From NCBI GenBank assembly GCA_963749155.1, contig CAVVLO010000001.1, forward strand, positions 256,001 through 320,000: a stretch of 64,000 nt of DNA, in the 5' to 3' direction. The notes beneath the pieces were generated by a model. It had not been told where the DNA came from. It was given only the letters and a program-made list of their open reading frames with translations, and did not search any database. Source of the DNA: an uncultured Armatimonadia bacterium (GTDB lineage: Bacteria; Armatimonadota; Zipacnadia; CAVVLO01). The position numbers and the translations under genes are program-made. Position 1 is the first letter of the stretch. Every line of letters begins with the position of its first letter. Positions 61,647-64,000 of the stretch are shown piece by piece.

Positions 61647-64000
61647 CTACTTAGCCAGGTCGATCAGCACCGAGGCGATGCCGCGCGGAGGCACGGTAAC
61701 GCTGACGGTGTTGCCTTCGGTCGAGGCGGTGCAGTTGTCCACATAACGCTCGAGCAGGTCAACTTCACTGGCGCCCTTCACCTGACCGAGTAGCTCGCTG
61801 ACAACCAGTTTTGCGACGCCGCCCTCGCCCATCGGGTCGAAGACTCGGACGATAAGCGCGTCCTTGCCTTCAGCCTTCTTCACGGCCTGGACGATCAGCT
61901 TGTGGCAGTCGGGTGCTACAAGGCTTGCCTCGGTAGGCAGAGTGCCCTCGTGCAGGGTTGTGCCCATCAGCCGTACTGGATGGTTGAAGGCGATACCGGC
62001 GCGGATGGCCTTCTTGGCTTTCAACGTGCCGGCGAAGGGCCTGAGGGCCATATGGATCTCGTGATGACCGATCTCCGGCAGCGGATCTGGCTCGTAGCTG
62101 CTGCGGATGAGCGTAAGACTGAGCTTGCCATCCTGATATGCGTGGCCGTGCTTGGTGTCATTCAGCAACAGCACGCCGGCTTCGACGTCACCCGACTTGC
62201 CGGCGACCTGGGCCCAGCGCAAGGCTGGGACTTCCTCGCCATATTTCATCGAACGATCGATAGCCCCGAAGGGGATCTCGTAACTCGCCTGCGCCTCGGA
62301 CAGCGCGAGCGGCAAGCGCCAGCCTCAGCACCGGTACGCCGGTAGCCGGCGTGCCGCGCTCGAACCAGGTGCCGTTCAGGTCGAGGTACAGGTTCGGGTC
62401 GCCCTTGCGCACTTCGTAAGTCAGAGTGAATTCCGACTCGTGGATGCGCAGTCTGACATCTACGGACGCCTTGTAGGGGCCGGAGAGCTTGCGGGTGATC
62501 ATCAGCAGCTCGGGCGCTTCCCAGCCGCCGGTGTGGTCTACCAGCCAGGCGGTCATCCCGTGCGGACGCTCCACACCATACTCGAGTGGCAGCGCTGGCT
62601 TGCATGCCGAGATGATGGTCGCTCCGCTGGCCTTCTCCACCAGCGACTTGATGCCGCCGGTCTCGGTGTCGATTTCCAGCCGGATGAACTCGTTCTCCAG
62701 ACCCTCGGGGCTGCGCTCATACATCGAGTAGCCGCAATGGTGGTTGATCCCGAGCTGGCAGAGAGAGGCTTCACTGCCAGGGGCGCCGTGCTCTTCGATT
62801 GAGTAGACCGCGTAGCCCCACTTGCCGACCTTTGCAGGGAAGGCGAGCTTCACGAAGTCATGGCCCCAATAGCTGCCGGTGTCGATGGTCTGGGCGGGCA
62901 GCAGCTCGCCGCCGGGGGTGCGCACCGAGAACTGCATATGGCGCAGTTCGTGATGACGCCAGCTCCAGGCATTGTCCCAAACGGTCGCGACGACGACTTC
63001 ATCGCGCTCTACATCGGTCGGGTTGAACAGGACGAAGGGCCTGTTGCCACTGCCGGCGCTCTGCTCGGCCTGGGACAGCCCGCCATCCTGAGCGCCCATA
63101 CCGACGCCCGAGCCAAGCGAGGTGCGCAGCCTGAAGGAGGGCGAGGCAGGCAGTTCCCACTTGCCGAAGCCACTAGTGTCAATAGCGGCAGCCAGCGCGC
63201 GTAGCGACTGGGTCTCTTCCTGCGAAGTCATCGCCATCGTCTTCTGGAACAGCCCATGCGTGTAGGTGCGGGTGTCATGCACACCGGAGCCTGGCAGGAT
63301 GTCGTGGAAATGGCTGAACAGCGTGTCGCGCCAGCCTTCGATGAACTTGCAGTTGCGGTACTCGAGCCCAAGGGCGCCCCAGGCGGCCGTGGCTGCGAAC
63401 TCTGCATCCTGCAGCCTTGCCTCGGCGAGACGGTTGGCTTTCTTTACCAGCGTCTGCGTGGTGTAGCAGCCGGTGAACTCGAAGTTGAGCTCGCAGTCGA
63501 GGGTAGGCAGAGTAGCCCCGCCCTCGGCCTCCAGCCGCTCGAGGAACGACTTCAGAGTCGCGAACTTGAAGGTCGGGTAGATGGGCCAGGTGTTCATATC
63601 ATAGCCGCGCAGGATGTCCCGCCGCGTCGGCCCGCCGCCGTGGTCGCCCACGCCGTAAACATACAGCCCAAATTTCAGGCCTGTCTCCTGACAGAAGTTG
63701 AACATAATCTGGACTGATCCAGGCGAGATGGCGCCGTTGTAGCCGCATTCCATATCGTTCTTGACCAGCACTCTGGAGCCATCGGGCCCCTGCCACCAGA
63801 AGGCGCGCGGGCGCTTTGGGCCCTCTCCGCCAGGCCGGTGCAGGTAGACGTACTTCACGCCGCCGCGCACGAGGTAAGTCGGCATCGTGTGAGCGTGGCC
63901 GAAGGTATCGGGCGCCCAGTCGACCGGCACGTCCTCGGGCGCCAGGTCGAACAGCTTGGCCATATACTCGCGCGTATAAAGCAGATGGCGGCAGAGGCTC
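61647..64000 (-). CDS. GH38 alpha-mannosidase (5' truncated by the window edge; frameshift near 62315)
   Basis: WAPDTFGH, YGVGDHGGGPT, FTGCYTT, FHDILPGS / YEIPFG, EVPA, LTLIRS. Confidence 0.92.

Overview
High-GC bacterial chromosomal window. The gene content (atp operon followed by murA, nadD-LCP-rsfS, amidase-GerMN-murI-rph-rdgB, a DUF6785-type membrane protein) suggests a Terrabacteria lineage, possibly Armatimonadota; that placement is inference. The left half (1-32 kb) is mostly housekeeping: a membrane PP2C phosphatase, an AddAB-type helicase-nuclease pair, class I aldolase, a full F1Fo operon, murA, an M48 protease, nadD/LCP/rsfS and a cell-wall/RNA-processing operon. The right half is accessory and rich in carbohydrate enzymes: three GH127-like proteins, a clan GH-A hydrolase, GHL6, GH38 and SGNH esterases (plus a GH106-like gene at 25-28 kb). 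It also holds a glycyl radical enzyme, an NHLRC2-like thioredoxin, wrbA, tspO, a nitrilase-family enzyme and a Zn-PLC-like secreted protein. About a dozen genes, including atpD, carry single-base frameshifts, several in homopolymer runs; these are most likely read/assembly errors. Features not explained by the ORF track: (i) a recurrent GCAGGA-N17/18-GAA sigmaH-like promoter motif before catabolic genes; (ii) an inverted REP-like hairpin doublet with a compensatory base-pair change beside a RAYT-like remnant; (iii) a coupled prokaryotic RING-membrane protein plus TerY-C-like Zn protein pair; (iv) an unannotated 50-aa ORF with its own promoter and structured leader; (v) a probable ATT start for nadD; (vi) a glycyl radical enzyme with a GCWE loop and no adjacent activase. 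No rRNA, tRNA or CRISPR array was seen. All family calls come from motif recognition by eye, with no database search.
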